Assembly (NCBI GenBank): GCA_977016875.1
Contig: CDRNST010000195.1
Location: 2,852,001-2,916,000 of the forward strand
Source: Pavona decussata
Taxonomy: Eukaryota
DNA length: 64,000 nucleotides
Direction: 5' to 3'
The position numbers and the translations under genes are program-made. Below are positions 1-11,875 of the stretch, piece after piece. The stretch's first letter is position 1. Each line of letters starts with the position of its first letter. Below the pieces are notes generated by a model. It did no database searches and was not told the DNA's origin. It saw only the letters and a program-made list of their open reading frames with translations.

Positions 1-125
1 ACAAAAAAATCCAGCACCTGACTATAACTCTGTTATGAATACATCAATAAACATAATATATGGAAGTAATTGAAATTGATTCCACCAATAAATAAAAAGG
101 GTGAATAATGTACAATGAATTATAC

Positions 126-2660
126 CTGATAGTGATCAACGACATTTAAGAAGGTTGCAAGGAAGTCATCCTCGCTTGCTGGGCTATTCTTCATACAGAA
201 GTAAATATGTGTCCTTGTACTTTTCACTGTTGGAATTATGACATGATTTCAATTAGAGAGTAAATTCAACGGTCCAGATACATCTAGACAAGTGTAGATT
301 GCTTATTTTGTGCCAACATTTGGGAATAGGGATTAATAAAATGAGGTAGACAAGTATATGACAAACTTTTGTCAGACAATTCATAGAACCACTTTGTCCC
401 CTCATCTCTCTGTGGACCTGATGCAACTTTCTTTCATATCAAGCCGTTTTTTCAGTAAGAAGGACGCTGAAAACGGTGCACTGTGTGACCAAGAGCTCTG
501 CGTGGCGGCGCACTTGTTTGCTGAGGAGATAAACACAGAGTCTGATTTGGTTGGAGAAAATTTGGCCACCAAAGGTGACGAACTTTATTTTCAAGATCTG
601 CCAATATATAATAAACTAAATATCTCTTCAGCAAAAGGTGGGGGGAAAAACCGCCACACCCAGTAAGACAAGAAAGAGAAACAGTAGGAAGTAATTCGCA
701 GGCAGGCAGAAGTGGAGGTGGTGGAAAGATGCTGAAAATTGGTTCAAACCAGCGATGTGAACGACATGATGGTGAGCGATCAAAAGGAGGCGAGCACATG
801 GAAAAGCGCTCCTAAGAATTATATAGTGCGGAACGCCTTAAATTCTGATTGGCTGGAAATTAGATAGGCTTGGACCCTGGCGCCTTGGCCTGCAAACCAT
901 TATCAAATGCCTTGCCATAAAATCCCATTATGATGTCATAACGTGTCTTTCATGGCCTTAGTCACTGATTTTGCGCCTGTCAATATAGAAATGTTTGTTT
1001 GATCATAGAGCAATACAATAGGTTACCAGTGAAAGCATAGTTATGTAACTGGCTCTAGCAATTGATCTAAAAAGCATACCGTGCCAAGAATCAAAAGAGT
1101 TCAGTATTCTTTTAGTGAAATTCTAGTTCTTTAGCTGGAGGACAAAGTCGTGTGCAACTTCAGAAACGTGAAACCCTATAGCAAACAAAACATATATCAC
1201 AATTAAGGCTGATGTTTCAATATTGCACCATATTTTATGCCATCTTAGTACTAATAGTTCCATGAATAAATATACCTTGTGTTTCTATGAGGAATGTCAA
1301 ATTTCCTTTGTCATTGGAACCGTGCAGCTTACTGCTGATGTCTCACTGGCCTGACTCCAGTTCAAAACACCAACAACTTTTTTGGTCCTACCAAACATAG
1401 TGATTATTATTAAGCAAAGAGACATATGACAGGGATTGAACCAATCCCAGGTAAATAATAAATTATACACTGAAGGCAGCTTACGAAAATGAGAGAGCTG
1501 ACACAGTTGTATGCCCTACTGACCAAGAGGAATCATGCCTGGCATCAGTAATCACACACTACAAAACAGAATGGTTAGTGTCATGACAGTCCACGGCCTC
1601 TTCTTTTACAAGCTCCCACAATCACAGTCGACAAAACAAGAAACAAAAAATGCAACTTTTGAACAAAAATGAATTGCTACCTCTCCATTAGCAAAATAAC
1701 CAGGGCTATTCTTGATCTCCTCTTGAGCAGCATGCAAAGACTCTTCACAAACCCTCTTTACCACAGTCATGTACTGGAGCTTCTTCAAAACTATAAATTT
1801 TGAGAATTTTATTAAAAGAGTATTAAGATTTGTCCCAATATAAACAGCATAACAGATAAACAATTTATTGTGACACAGTCAAACCTCAAGAGCAAAACTA
1901 GAGGAATAACAGGAAGTAATACCAGGAAAGGTATGTGGTAAATATAAGCACATGGTTGCTAAGGACAAGTCAGATGTACCTGCATAAGTGAGATGGTCAT
2001 TTGATGAAATAGTTCCCCACGGAGGTTTAGTAGTATTTTGTAAACAAAGCAAATAAAGTGTCTAATCTGTATCAAAAGTTTTTTTACCCTCTGAACCAAT
2101 ATTCACAGCTTTACAGACACTGAAATACTGAGTTTCTGTCAACCCAGTAGTCAATGAATCATTCTACAAAAGAAATGTGTAGTTTTCAAACAGTAAGCTT
2201 ATTTATGCTCTCTTCAAATGCCCCTTATATACTTCAGAAAATTGAATAATACAAATACAAACCATTATACGAAAATTAAAATCATCCTACCTCATATTCA
2301 CATGGTATTTTGTTGTAGTTCCTCCCATTATTGGGGATGATAACCACTTGATGGAGTCACCACACATACAAAATATATTGATGGAGACTGCATGACCTTG
2401 CCTATTGAATGATAGAGAATCAGACTGCAACAAATTACCACAGAAGCAACTTTTCGGCAACAAATCCGTAGCGAAAAATGAAAATAAAGTTCGCAGAGCT
2501 CCTTCACTGCACAGGTAGATCTGATCACCTTCTGTTGCTGCGGTGGAAAGTCCAAAAAGCTGAGAGGGACGACAGATGACAGGCTAAGACTTAATCTTGT
2601 CAATCTTGCTAGACTTTCCCTTCTTTGCTGCATCTTTTCTTCAATTGCTAACAACGTTGC
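126..2660 (-). pseudogene. Spliced DDE transposase pseudogene (Kolobok/Mutator-like, DxxH type), 8 exons
   Basis: Exons read by hand with matching splice phases: ~2660-2291 (..CFCGNLL..GHAVSINIFCMCGDSIKWLSSPIMGG..KYHVNMR), 2163-2067 (MIH..TTGLTETQYFSVCKAVNIG; donor mutated to AT), 1790-1681, 1558-1485 (CVITDARHDSSWSVGHTTVSALS), 1387-1276 (TKKVVG), 1175-1080 (EVAHD..NSFDSWH), 976-367 (GAKSVTKAMK|KVASG..KWFYELSDK, split by an insertion), 226-126 (KSTRTHIYFCMKN..FLNVVDHYQ). Several stops and frameshifts. Confidence 0.8.
438..945. mobile_element. 508-bp insertion splitting transposase exon 7
   Basis: Flanked by the 8-bp direct repeat TCTTTCAT (430-437 and 946-953). Removing it rejoins AKSVTKAMK to KVASGPQRDEG, with a residual 1-bp offset. 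No TIRs seen. Confidence 0.6.
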
Positions 2661-2704
2661 TTTCGCTGTGAATGGCAGTACCCTAATAAAGAAAGAAAAA
2701 AATG

Positions 2705-2895
2705 CACCCACATCACTTTTATGTGGGGAACAACAGGTCCTGGAGTTCTGACAAAAAATCCTCAACTTTACCAATATTTTATTATGGTTCTTTGTACACG
2801 ATTTGATATATCAGTCTGAAATAGAAACAACAAAGGGTTTTATACTAGAGACCGTTTTTTAATCCAGTTACCAAGGAAAGACCAATATGAAAGAA
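2705..2895. repeat. ~190-bp dispersed direct repeat, copy 1 (copy 2 at 5657-5845)
   Basis: Shared blocks such as GTTCTGACAAAAAATCCTCAACTTTACCAATA and TATACTAGAGACCGT..TAATCCAGTTACCAAGGAAAGACCAATA. Confidence 0.9.
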
Positions 2896-3064
2896 GTGTA
2901 AACTAATAATAAAACTCGAAATAAAATGTGCTGTTTTTCATTTTCGCGAAAATTAATTTCTTAAGAATGTAATTTTGCACCCAAATCGCGAACATGAAGA
3001 CCCGCGAAATATGCCGACTTTTTTTCACAAAATTAAGTGCCCACGAAAATTAGTACCAATACAT

Positions 3065-3297
3065 TTTCTTTGGTCGAATAGTGGTAATGCGCACTCCACT
3101 GCAGTTGATTTCCCTGAAACAGGGTCCCTGACAGCAAGTGTTGGTGGAACACCACCCATAAGGTCACATAACCGCTGAAAGTGAAATGCCATTGCATTCC
3201 CTCCAATAACCAGAAGTGCTGCAGCTATATCTTGACCATAGAGTGAGTCAAGATTAGAAATCAGTAGTTAGAGGCTTACACCCTGAATGGCAATACC
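3065..3297 (-). pseudogene. P-loop NTPase (Walker A) exon of a putative DUF927/Cch-like helicase, copy A
   Basis: Acceptor ttttttattag at 3298. Reads ..LYGQDIAAALLVIGGNAMAFHFQRLCDLMGGVPPTLAVRDPVSGKSTAVECAL. Walker A at 3103-3129, first G mutated to R. In-frame stop near the exon start. Confidence 0.7.
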
Positions 3298-4160
3298 CTA
3301 ATAAAAAAGAACTAATATTTTGTATAAGAAGGTGGGTGCTGCAGCTGTCTTGGAAAAAAGTGAAACACTGAAACTTGGCCACCTTCATCAGTGGCGAATG
3401 GCAAATTAACTTCATCCACTCATAATAGGGTGACGAGGCAGGAAAAAGTGTTGTGCAAAAAAATGACTTTTATTCTAGCTAACTAGCATGGTTATTCTAG
3501 TCAGTCTCTTAAGAAAAAAGCCACATACGGAAGAGAGCAGTGTACAAAAATCAGATACAAATATCTCAATAGAAGCGGCTTATTGTGTCCGTATAGTTAT
3601 GTAGACATCTCAGGCCCTTAAATGTGTGTGTATATAAACACCCTTTATGCTATGTAAACGAAGTTATCTGATTCACTCATGGTGAACATTTAAAGTTACC
3701 TGATTTCTTTTCCATAATCAGCTATCTGTCTGCAAAGAATATTGTGATGCTGACACAGGGCATTTGCTACCCCTGATATCTGACACACCTGCAGAAAAAA
3801 ATTATCAAGGGAAAAAAGAACCACAAGTACTTTTATAATTGTGTATCTAGAACAGCCACCCTCGCAAATGAACAGCTCTAGCTGTCCGCCTCCGAGAGGT
3901 GCGTGTTTTTAATGTTGTAAATTGTTTTAACGGCTGGAAGAAAGTAACAAAATTGTGACAAGATCTTTCTTGTTATCTGAAAATTTTGCGTGGTTTTGTT
4001 CTGTTTATAAAGGCGTATTGTACCGCATTAAGAAAACAGGATATGGCATGGAATGCTCTCCAAAATGACGAAGGTTTTTTTCAGTTGAAGATGTGTGGAG
4101 TAAATTCTTTCGTTTCACTTCCCTTCCGTCTTCGTTTATTTTCTATCTTAGGGGTGTATT
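3088..4160. repeat. ~1.05-kb segmental duplication, copy A (copy B at 10838-11875)
   Basis: Collinear, visibly diverged match throughout, including the Walker A exon and a second exon (3788-3700, VCQISGVANALCQHHNILCRQIADYG). Confidence 0.92.
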
Positions 4161-4716
4161 TACACTGGTTTAACTGTGTTACCTAAGCTGATTTCCTCTC
4201 ACATTCTGCATCCATAGCATCAATTTCGTCTGAGAGGCCTTCTATATTGGTTGTATCACTTAACTGCCCCACAAATATTTGGTGCTTCAGAACGTATTTT
4301 TTACCCAGTTCTAGATACTTGTTGGGTACAATACAGTCGGCCTTAAAGGCATTTAGAAAGGTCCCAGAACTGAAAGGTTTTGCCGGGAAGCCTTTCACAT
4401 CTAAAACACAGTGAAAGGGTCCTTCCCATCTCGATGGAACTCCAGTCACTTGAAATTTTAAACGCAGTTATCACAACTGGGAATTCTGCAGTGAGAAACG
4501 AGACAAATAGCAACGATTAATGTAAGGTAATGGTGAATGTAAATCTGAAGTAAACAGTAGAGGTGGTCTAGAAGAGTTTGAGAGCTCATGTGAATACTTC
4601 CAAACTCCATTAGTAGTTGCTACCAACTTCTATTTAGTTGGTCTCCTGAGTCTGATTTTTTTAAACCAGGGTTTAAACAAAATGTAGGCGTGGCTCCAAC
4701 TTGTTTTTCCTCCTAA

Positions 4717-5530
4717 GGGACCGATCGTTTATTACGTCCTAGGGGGGGGCGGTGTTTTTTGAGGGGGGGTAATTTTTTTAAATGAGCTCTTTTTGGGGGG
4801 GTAATTTTTTACCTTGTACGAAAAGTGAGGGGGGTAAAATTTTAAGACATACAAAAGGTACCAACTAAATGTATTTAGCAATCATTCTCATCAATCATAG
4901 AGTTGGTAAAATCGACTAGAAACTTCTCCATATCGCTACTATTCTTCAGAGCGACAAAGATCTTGCACGTAATAGGTTGAGTAATGACATGGACATGCAA
5001 ACCGTGTATTTCATCAAGCAGTTTATCTGGGCAAAAAAATTGACTAAAAGACGAATAGAGATGGTAGGCTTCTTCAAAATCTATATATCTACATCCATAC
5101 ATCGAATGCTCCTGTACTGCTCTCAAACCCCGAGCTGCTTTGACCTTCTGTGTACCTTCTTTTGACGAGTGAAGAATAGACTCCTGCAATAACAAAACAT
5201 CGTTATTATCAAGACATTCAAGAGATATTCTAAGGTACATTTCCTTACTTGAATTTCGCCTAACTTCTGATTGTTTCTCTTGCCAGTTCAGATTCAGAGA
5301 GCTAGCGACTCGCATGTAACCAAGCGTTGTGCCCAGGAACTTCTCAACAATTCAACCACAAGGCCAACCATTGGGGGGGGGGGGGGAAGGGGGTAAAATT
5401 TTCAAACTGTCATTGTAGTGGGGGGTAGAACTTTTGTTTAAAAAAATTTTGGGGGGGTAAAATTTTCAAACACTCGATTTTTTAGAAAACCACCGCCCCC
5501 CCCCCTAGGACGTAATAAACGATCGGTCCC
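4717..5530. mobile_element. Non-autonomous TIR DNA transposon (Zator- or PIF/Harbinger-like), 814 bp
   Basis: ~38-bp TIRs GGGACCGATCGTTTATTACGTCCTAG(G)nCGGTG. 3-bp TSD TAA (4714-4716, 5531-5533). Repeated subterminal GGGGGGTAA(A)ATTTT motifs. Internal 146-aa ORF 4875-5315 (-). Confidence 0.9.
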
Positions 5531-5656
5531 TAAGAGGTGCTAAAAGCAGTTCTCTCTGAAATATTTCCTGTACCAAACTGACGTTAAGGGTGCCCCTTGT
5601 CATTTTTTATTTAATCAACCAATCAATGAAAATTTGACCTCAAGAGATGTGGCGAG

Positions 5657-5845
5657 CACCCGCATCACTTTTATATGGGGAACAACCGGTCTCGCAGTTC
5701 TGACAAAAAATCCTCAACTTTACCAATACTTTATTATGGGTCATTGTATGGATTTGATATATCAGTCTGAATTAGAAACAGCAAAGGGTTTTATACTAGA
5801 GACCGTGTTTTAATCCAGTTACCAAGGAAAGACCAATACGACAGA
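5657..5845. repeat. ~190-bp dispersed direct repeat, copy 2
   Basis: Matches 2705-2895 (see copy 1). Confidence 0.9.
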
Positions 5846-6499
5846 ATTAAGTAACTAAGTAAGAGATTCTCTGAACACATTTTAAAGTAATGAACTGTGA
5901 CTTAACCTACCAGTTAATTTGGTAGCCGGAAGAGCAATTGACTTGCCAAGGTTTAACACTGTAGATGGCCTAACTGGCAATGTGTTGGGGACTTGTTGCA
6001 TAAGTCCCTTCAGTTGAAAACATTGAAAATGGCGACCTAATTTGTATTAAAATAGTATTCATAGATGTGGATCCAAATATGATGCATAATGGTGCTCAAG
6101 GGGAGTATGATACAAAAGGTCGTCTCCCAAAACCTATATATAACATCTGAAGAGCCGTATATTCTTATAACCAAAAATGACTGTAATAAATTATTGTTCT
6201 TTCAATTACAAAAGAACAATGCATAAAAGGGAATCACATTGATGCAAGAGTAATGAGGAAAAGGTGTGAAAACTTTCTGACTCGAGTAAAATAAGGTCTT
6301 ATTTGTGCTTTAGTTACCTTCATTGCAAAATGGCACAGTGACTAGAAAAGAATGTACTAGCCTAAAAAATCCCTTTTAAAGAACAGATTTCAATGAAAAA
6401 CCATGTTTCGACTCTGTACCTTTCTACTTTTACTACTTTTGTATTTATCTCAGAACATTTGAGAAAATGCACCTGTGTATTCATTCAGCTACTGACTGT

Positions 6500-6790
6500 T
6501 TTGATTACTAGAAGAAACGGACTTGCCTTTTCAAATTGTCGGAACAGATCCTCAATCAATCCTTCTTTCAGTGCCTTTTACGTGAACTGCACCGGTGAAA
6601 CAGTCTCTTGTGAAATGCAAGGAACATATGCCAACCTTGCCTTTTAGAATTAAGTTTTTGCGATGTCTCAAAACAAATTTTTTCCACTTTGTAAGTACAC
6701 TGCTGCTCGGAGGAGAACCATGCATCGAAATTCCCATTTCTAAATCAGCTATTCGCTCATAATCTTGGACTACACGTCAGCGTGGATGCA
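6500..6790 (-). pseudogene. THAP zinc-finger domain remnant (transposase N-terminus)
   Basis: VVQD..GISMHGSPP..LTKWKKFVLRHRKN..GICSLHFTRDCF..GSVPTI carries the THAP W, CSxHF and AVPTI-like signatures; stops present. Confidence 0.8.
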
Positions 6791-7887
6791 TTTTGAAGAT
6801 TGAATATACGCAAAAACCAACTTGACAATCTCACATCTCATAGATGGCATAGGAAATAAGCCGTGTTTACTTTGAGCATTGGGCATACGGCGTCAGACCC
6901 CAGGCGGTCCAGCTAGACCCAACCCTTTTCCTTGCTCATGATCATTTGTCGGGAAGGAAGACCGTAATGATCTTTTGAAGTTCACTTTTGCATCCTTTTG
7001 AGAATACGGTCTTATGAAAACATTGCAGGAAGATTCTTATTTACATGCAGTTTTCAAAGTCTGAAGATTCCTGTTTTCAGCATTTTCGTTGACAGTTGAA
7101 TTTGTGGAAACTGCGGAAAAATGTCCTGTTCTGGTACATCGAAATTTGTAGCAACTATTATACTAGAGGAAAGCTCTATACACGCATTGCAACATATAAA
7201 AAATCCAGCTTGGGTTATTTAAAATCCAAGCGTTGACGGAAGTAAACACATGAGTAATTTTAATATATATTTTTTCAAAAGCTGCAGTAGTCACGTAATT
7301 AAAGTTAAGTTATCATTGTAGAACCTTGTCAGTATGCATTATTGTCATAGGTTAACTTCAACTCACAATATCAAACAGGAAATACAGTTATTTAGGATTA
7401 ATCACTGCATGGTTAAATTGCACCATCAAGACTACTCTGTAGATCCCTATCCCCCTTATATTAGTTTAAGGGAGATAATATGCCCACATTTTGTATGAGC
7501 CTTATAAGTCACATACCTGGCATCGGCCCTTTCTTCTGAAAAGCTGAACAACAAAATTTTACAAAACAAAATAAGGTAAATTGCAATACAAACAATGTTT
7601 TCCATGCTGAATAGGAAAAGATTCTGTACCCATCTTTTTTTACATTTCCGTCTTCTAAAGGGGATTGTGTTTTTTGTGTTTTGCTCAATGTTTAGATCAT
7701 TTTTCATTGCACTGCATGTGAAGTTAATTTAGGTGTTGGCCGAGGTTAGTGTTTAATCTTTACGACCATACAATCTCTCTCATTTCATCTTTCACCAAGC
7801 TAGGTCAGAAAATTGCCGTTCTCAGCAATTTAAAATAGGTGGCTCCAGCTAGAAACAGTCAATTCAAATTCTTAAATTAATAATAAA

Positions 7888-9288
7888 ATACATCCAAAAT
7901 ACCCTTATCAAGTTTCTTTAGCCAGTCTTCAGGGATAGCACGTCGTCTTACATGACTCCCTTTGAACTGAGTACCATTGAAAACCAATTTGATGCCATTG
8001 TATCCAATGCCCTGGCTCCTTATGAAAGCCTGGAGGGCATCCTCTTGTCCACCTCGGTTTATGAATTGAAGCATCTCTCCAACTTTACAAGCAAATGCTT
8101 CACCGCAATACGTCCAAAATACCCTTATCAAGTTGCTTTAGGTAGTCTTTGGGGATAGCACGTCGTCTTACATGACTCCATGGCAGTGAGTACCATTGAA
8201 AACCAATTTGATGCCATTGCATCCAATGCCCTAGCTCCTTATGAAAGCCTGGAGGGCATCCTCTTGTCCACCTCGGTTTATGAATTGAAGCATCTCTCCA
8301 ACTTTACAAGCAAATGCTTCACCGCAATACATCCAAAATACCCTTATCAAGTTACTTTAGGCAGTCTTCGGAGATAGCACGTCGTCTTACATGACTCCCA
8401 TGGCACTGAGTACCATTGAAAACCAATTTGATGCCATTGCACCAATGCCCTGGCTTTTTATGAAAGCCTGGAGGGCATCCTCTTGGCACTGAGTACCATA
8501 AAATACCAATTTGATGCCATTGCATCCAATGCCCTGGCTCCTTATGAAAGCCTGGAGGGCATCCTCTTGTCCACCTCAGTGTATGAATTGAAGCATTTCT
8601 CCAACTTTACAAGCGAATAGTTCACCGCAATACATCCAAAATACCCTTATCAAGTTGCTTTAGGTAGTGTTTGGGGATAGCACGTCGTCTTACATGACTC
8701 CATGGCAGTGAGTACCATTGAAAACCAATTTGATTCCATTGCATCCATTGCCCTGGCTCCTTATGAAAGCCTGGAGGGCATCCTCTTGTCCACCTCGGTC
8801 TATGAATTGAAGCATTTCTCCAACTTTACAAGCAAATACTTCACTGCAATACATCCAAAATACCCTTATCAAGTTGCTTTAGGTAGTCTTTGGGGATAGC
8901 ACGTCGTCTTACATGACTCCATGGCAGTGAGTACCATTGAAAACCAATTTGATGCCATTGCATCCATTGCCCTGGCTTTTTATGAAAGCCTGGAGGGCAT
9001 CCTGTTGTCCACCTCGGTTTCTGAAGTGAACTATCTCTCCAACTTTACAAGCAAATGCTTCAGCGCAGTACATCCAAAATACCCTTATCAAGTGTCTTTA
9101 GGCAGTCTTTGGGGATAGCACATCGTCTTACTTGACTCCCATGGCACCGAGTACCATTGAAAACCAATTTGATGCCATTGCATCCAATGCCCTGGCTCCT
9201 TATGAAAGCCTGGAGGGCATCCTCTTGTCCACCTCGGTTTCTGAAGTGAACCATCTCTCCAACTTCAAAAGCAAATGCTTCACCGCAA
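7888..9288. repeat. Tandem array, 219-220-bp unit x6 plus an 84-bp partial duplication
   Basis: Anchor C(A/G)TCCAAAATACCCTTATCAAG at 7891, 8111, 8330, 8633, 8852, 9071 (spacings 220, 219, 303, 219, 219). Confidence 0.97.
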
Positions 9289-9332
9289 GTGCACTTTTGT
9301 GCAGAGATCTTGGGATTAAAAAAGGACATGAC
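9060..9332 (-). pseudogene. Terminal coding exon (source of the 219-bp array); putative C-terminal winged-helix-like domain of the helicase family
   Basis: Acceptor ctttcag at 9333-9339. Phase-0 frame VMSFFNPKISAQKCTCGEAFAFEVGEMVHF..GIKLVFNGTRCHGSQVRRCAIPKDCLKTLDKGILDVLR*. The original end ILDVFYY* survives at 7877. Confidence 0.55.
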
Positions 9333-10599
9333 CTGAAAGTTTGATATTTAAGGGGTTTGCTAACAAATTAGTAGTGCATGGTGACAATTTATACAAACAG
9401 CTTTAATAGTGCAGATTTATTCATTGAGTAGGTATCTGTTGTATTTAATATGTAGGTCACGACTTAGCATTCTAATAAAAATTTAACAAGGAAACATTGT
9501 TCTTGATGTGTTGTAGTCTAGCCATGTGGGAAACAATATTTATTTCCTGGCTGCAAGAAAACCGAATCACTTTAAAAGTTTTATAGACGCTTGGGTGACA
9601 TGCAACTTTCGGTTAAAGTGATTAAAATAGCTCGCAAAGAAATCGAATTATCTTATCAGGTAAACTGGCAAGACATGTTCATACATCTGGTCTTTATTTC
9701 TTAACTTCTCACTCATTTAAAAATAATAAGTATTTACATCACTGTTGATAGGATCAACAATTCCACTGACAGTGCTATAAATTAATACTAAATTCAAGAA
9801 AGTGATTTCAGTAAATGTAATGTGCTAATGTATTGCAGTGGCCCTCAGAAAATGGATGTTTTAAAAACATTCTCAATAAGTAATGAACTACGTATAATAT
9901 TCTTAACCTTGCAAATATGGTTTTTCCTGATAAAGATCATATTGATTTTTTTTCTTTTTTTCACAGAAAAGGTTTGGAAATTATTTGGAACAAAGTGTAT
10001 GTGAGTGTATGATACAAATAGAGTATCATTCTTGTGCAGCGCCCAGTTGGTCTCAAGTGATTTGTTCTGTTCTAATCTCATCTTCAGGCACTCTCAAGGA
10101 CTAAACAAATGAATCTCAACTCTGAACTCAATCTCTGCTCCTTTAACCAGTATGGTTTGTTTCGGCATCAGTGGGTGTATGATTGTAAGTATACTCTATT
10201 ATTAAGGAAGGCACCTAAGTCCTTTGGAACTGCTGCTGGAAAGGCAGTAATATTCTGAACAAGTGATATTATCATATATTGTATTATGTGAAGGCCAGAT
10301 ACTAAAAGTATGCCAAAGATGTGACATTTAGAAAAATAGGGAATTATAGGGTTGTTGAAGGGCTACCTATTCTTGGTTTTCATGTGACATAGTCATATTC
10401 CAAAATTGGAGCTGAGCAATATCAGACCCTTCAGGCATCCCTGTCCCATTTTTTTTTTGTAGAAGTGAATGGGCTCATGAATACTTATTAAAATAAATAA
10501 ACTTTTACAAAAATAAATAACAGTTGTAAGATACATAATTTCAGACTACCACTACCCTTAACTCCTTAAGACTTTTGTCAAAATTCAAAATTTAATATT

Positions 10600-10800
10600 T
10601 GAACCTTAAACTATATAGTGAGACATGACTCTGAATTCTGTAGGCTTTCTGTCCATGTAAAAAATCCGCTGATCACGGCAAATAGATGACGATACGTTTT
10701 ACTCACCCTGAAGAAGGAAGGTTATAGCCAGCTAAAGATAGAAAATGAAAATGAAAATGTTAATTTTTGCGCCTTTGGATTTTATTTACTATGTAACACT
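10600..10800 (+). mobile_element. Degenerate Penelope-like pseudo-LTR fragment with decayed hammerhead core
   Basis: ..GATACGTTTTACTCACC-CTGAAGA-AGGAAGGTTATAGCCAGC-TAAA-GATAG resembles the CUGANGA / stem II / GAAA layout of Penelope hammerheads; stem II and GAAA are mutated. Confidence 0.45.
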
Positions 10801-10814
10801 TGATATGTATCTTC

Positions 10815-11044
10815 ATCAAGTTGGTTGAATAGTGCTAATGCACACTCCACTCAGATGATTTCTCTGAAACAGGGTCCCCAACTGCAAGTGTTGGTGGAAC
10901 ACCATCCACAAGGTCACACAACTGAAAGTGAAATGCCATTGCAGTCCCTCCAATAATAAGAAGTGTTGCAGCTTTATCTTGACCATAGAATGATTCAAGA
11001 TAATAAATCAATAGCTGAAGGCATTCACCGTGAATGGCACTACC
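10815..11044 (-). pseudogene. P-loop NTPase (Walker A) exon, copy B
   Basis: Acceptor at 11045. GSAIHGECLQLLIYYLESFYGQDKAATLLIIGGTAMAFHFQLCDLVDGVPPTLAVGDPVSEKS.. (10853-10879). Consensus with copy A is GDPVSGKST. Confidence 0.7.
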
Positions 11045-11875
11045 CTAATAAAAAAATATATATTTTGTATAATAAGGAGGGTGCTGCAGCTGTCTTGGGA
11101 AAAATGAAACACTGAAACTTGGCCACCTTCATCAGCGGCGAATGGCAAATTAACTTCATCCACTCATGATAGGCCTACGACACAGGAGAAGGTGTTGTTG
11201 AAAAAATGACTTTGATTCTAGCAAACTAGCATGGTGATTCGAGTCACTGTCTTGAGAAAAAAAAAGCCACATATGGAAGTGAGCACTGTACAAAAATTAG
11301 ATACAAATTTTCCTAAGACATACTGGTTATTGCTTCGGTATAGTTACTTAGACGTCTCAGGCTGTCAAACCTGTGCATATATAAACACCCTTTTTCCCAC
11401 TTATGAAGTTATCTGATTCAGTCACGACAACCATTTAAAGTTACCTGATTTCTTCTCCATAATCAGCTATCTGTCTGCAGAGAATATTGTGATGCTGACA
11501 CAGGGCATTTGCTACCACCGATATCTGACACACCTGCAAAAAAAAATTATCAAGAGAAAAAGGAACCACGCAAATGAAGAGCTCTAGCTGTTTGCCTCCG
11601 AGAGGTGCTTGTTTTTAATGTTGTAAATTGTTTTAACGGCTGGAAGAAAGTAACATAAAAATTGTGACAAGATCTTTCTTATCTGAAAATTTTACGTGGC
11701 TTTGTTCTGTTTATAAAGACGTTCCGTACCGTATTAACAAACCAGGATATGACATGGAATGCTTTCCAAAATCACTAAGGTTGTTTTTTTTTTTTTCAGT
11801 TGAAGATGTGTGGAGTGAATTCTTACGTTTCACTTCCCCGCCGTCTTTGTTTATTTTCTATCTTAGGCGTGTATT
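10838..11875. repeat. ~1.05-kb segmental duplication, copy B
   Basis: Collinear match to 3088-4160. Confidence 0.92.

Noticed and set aside
2328-2774. 148-aa ORF as a real CDS
   Set aside because: It crosses an intron and a rearrangement junction; transposase motifs lie mostly in another frame.
7888-9288. CRISPR array or repeated small plus-strand genes (MAVSTIENQFD..)
   Set aside because: Whole 219-bp units are near-identical with no unique spacers and there are no cas genes. The splice acceptor and original stop show the coding sense is the minus strand.
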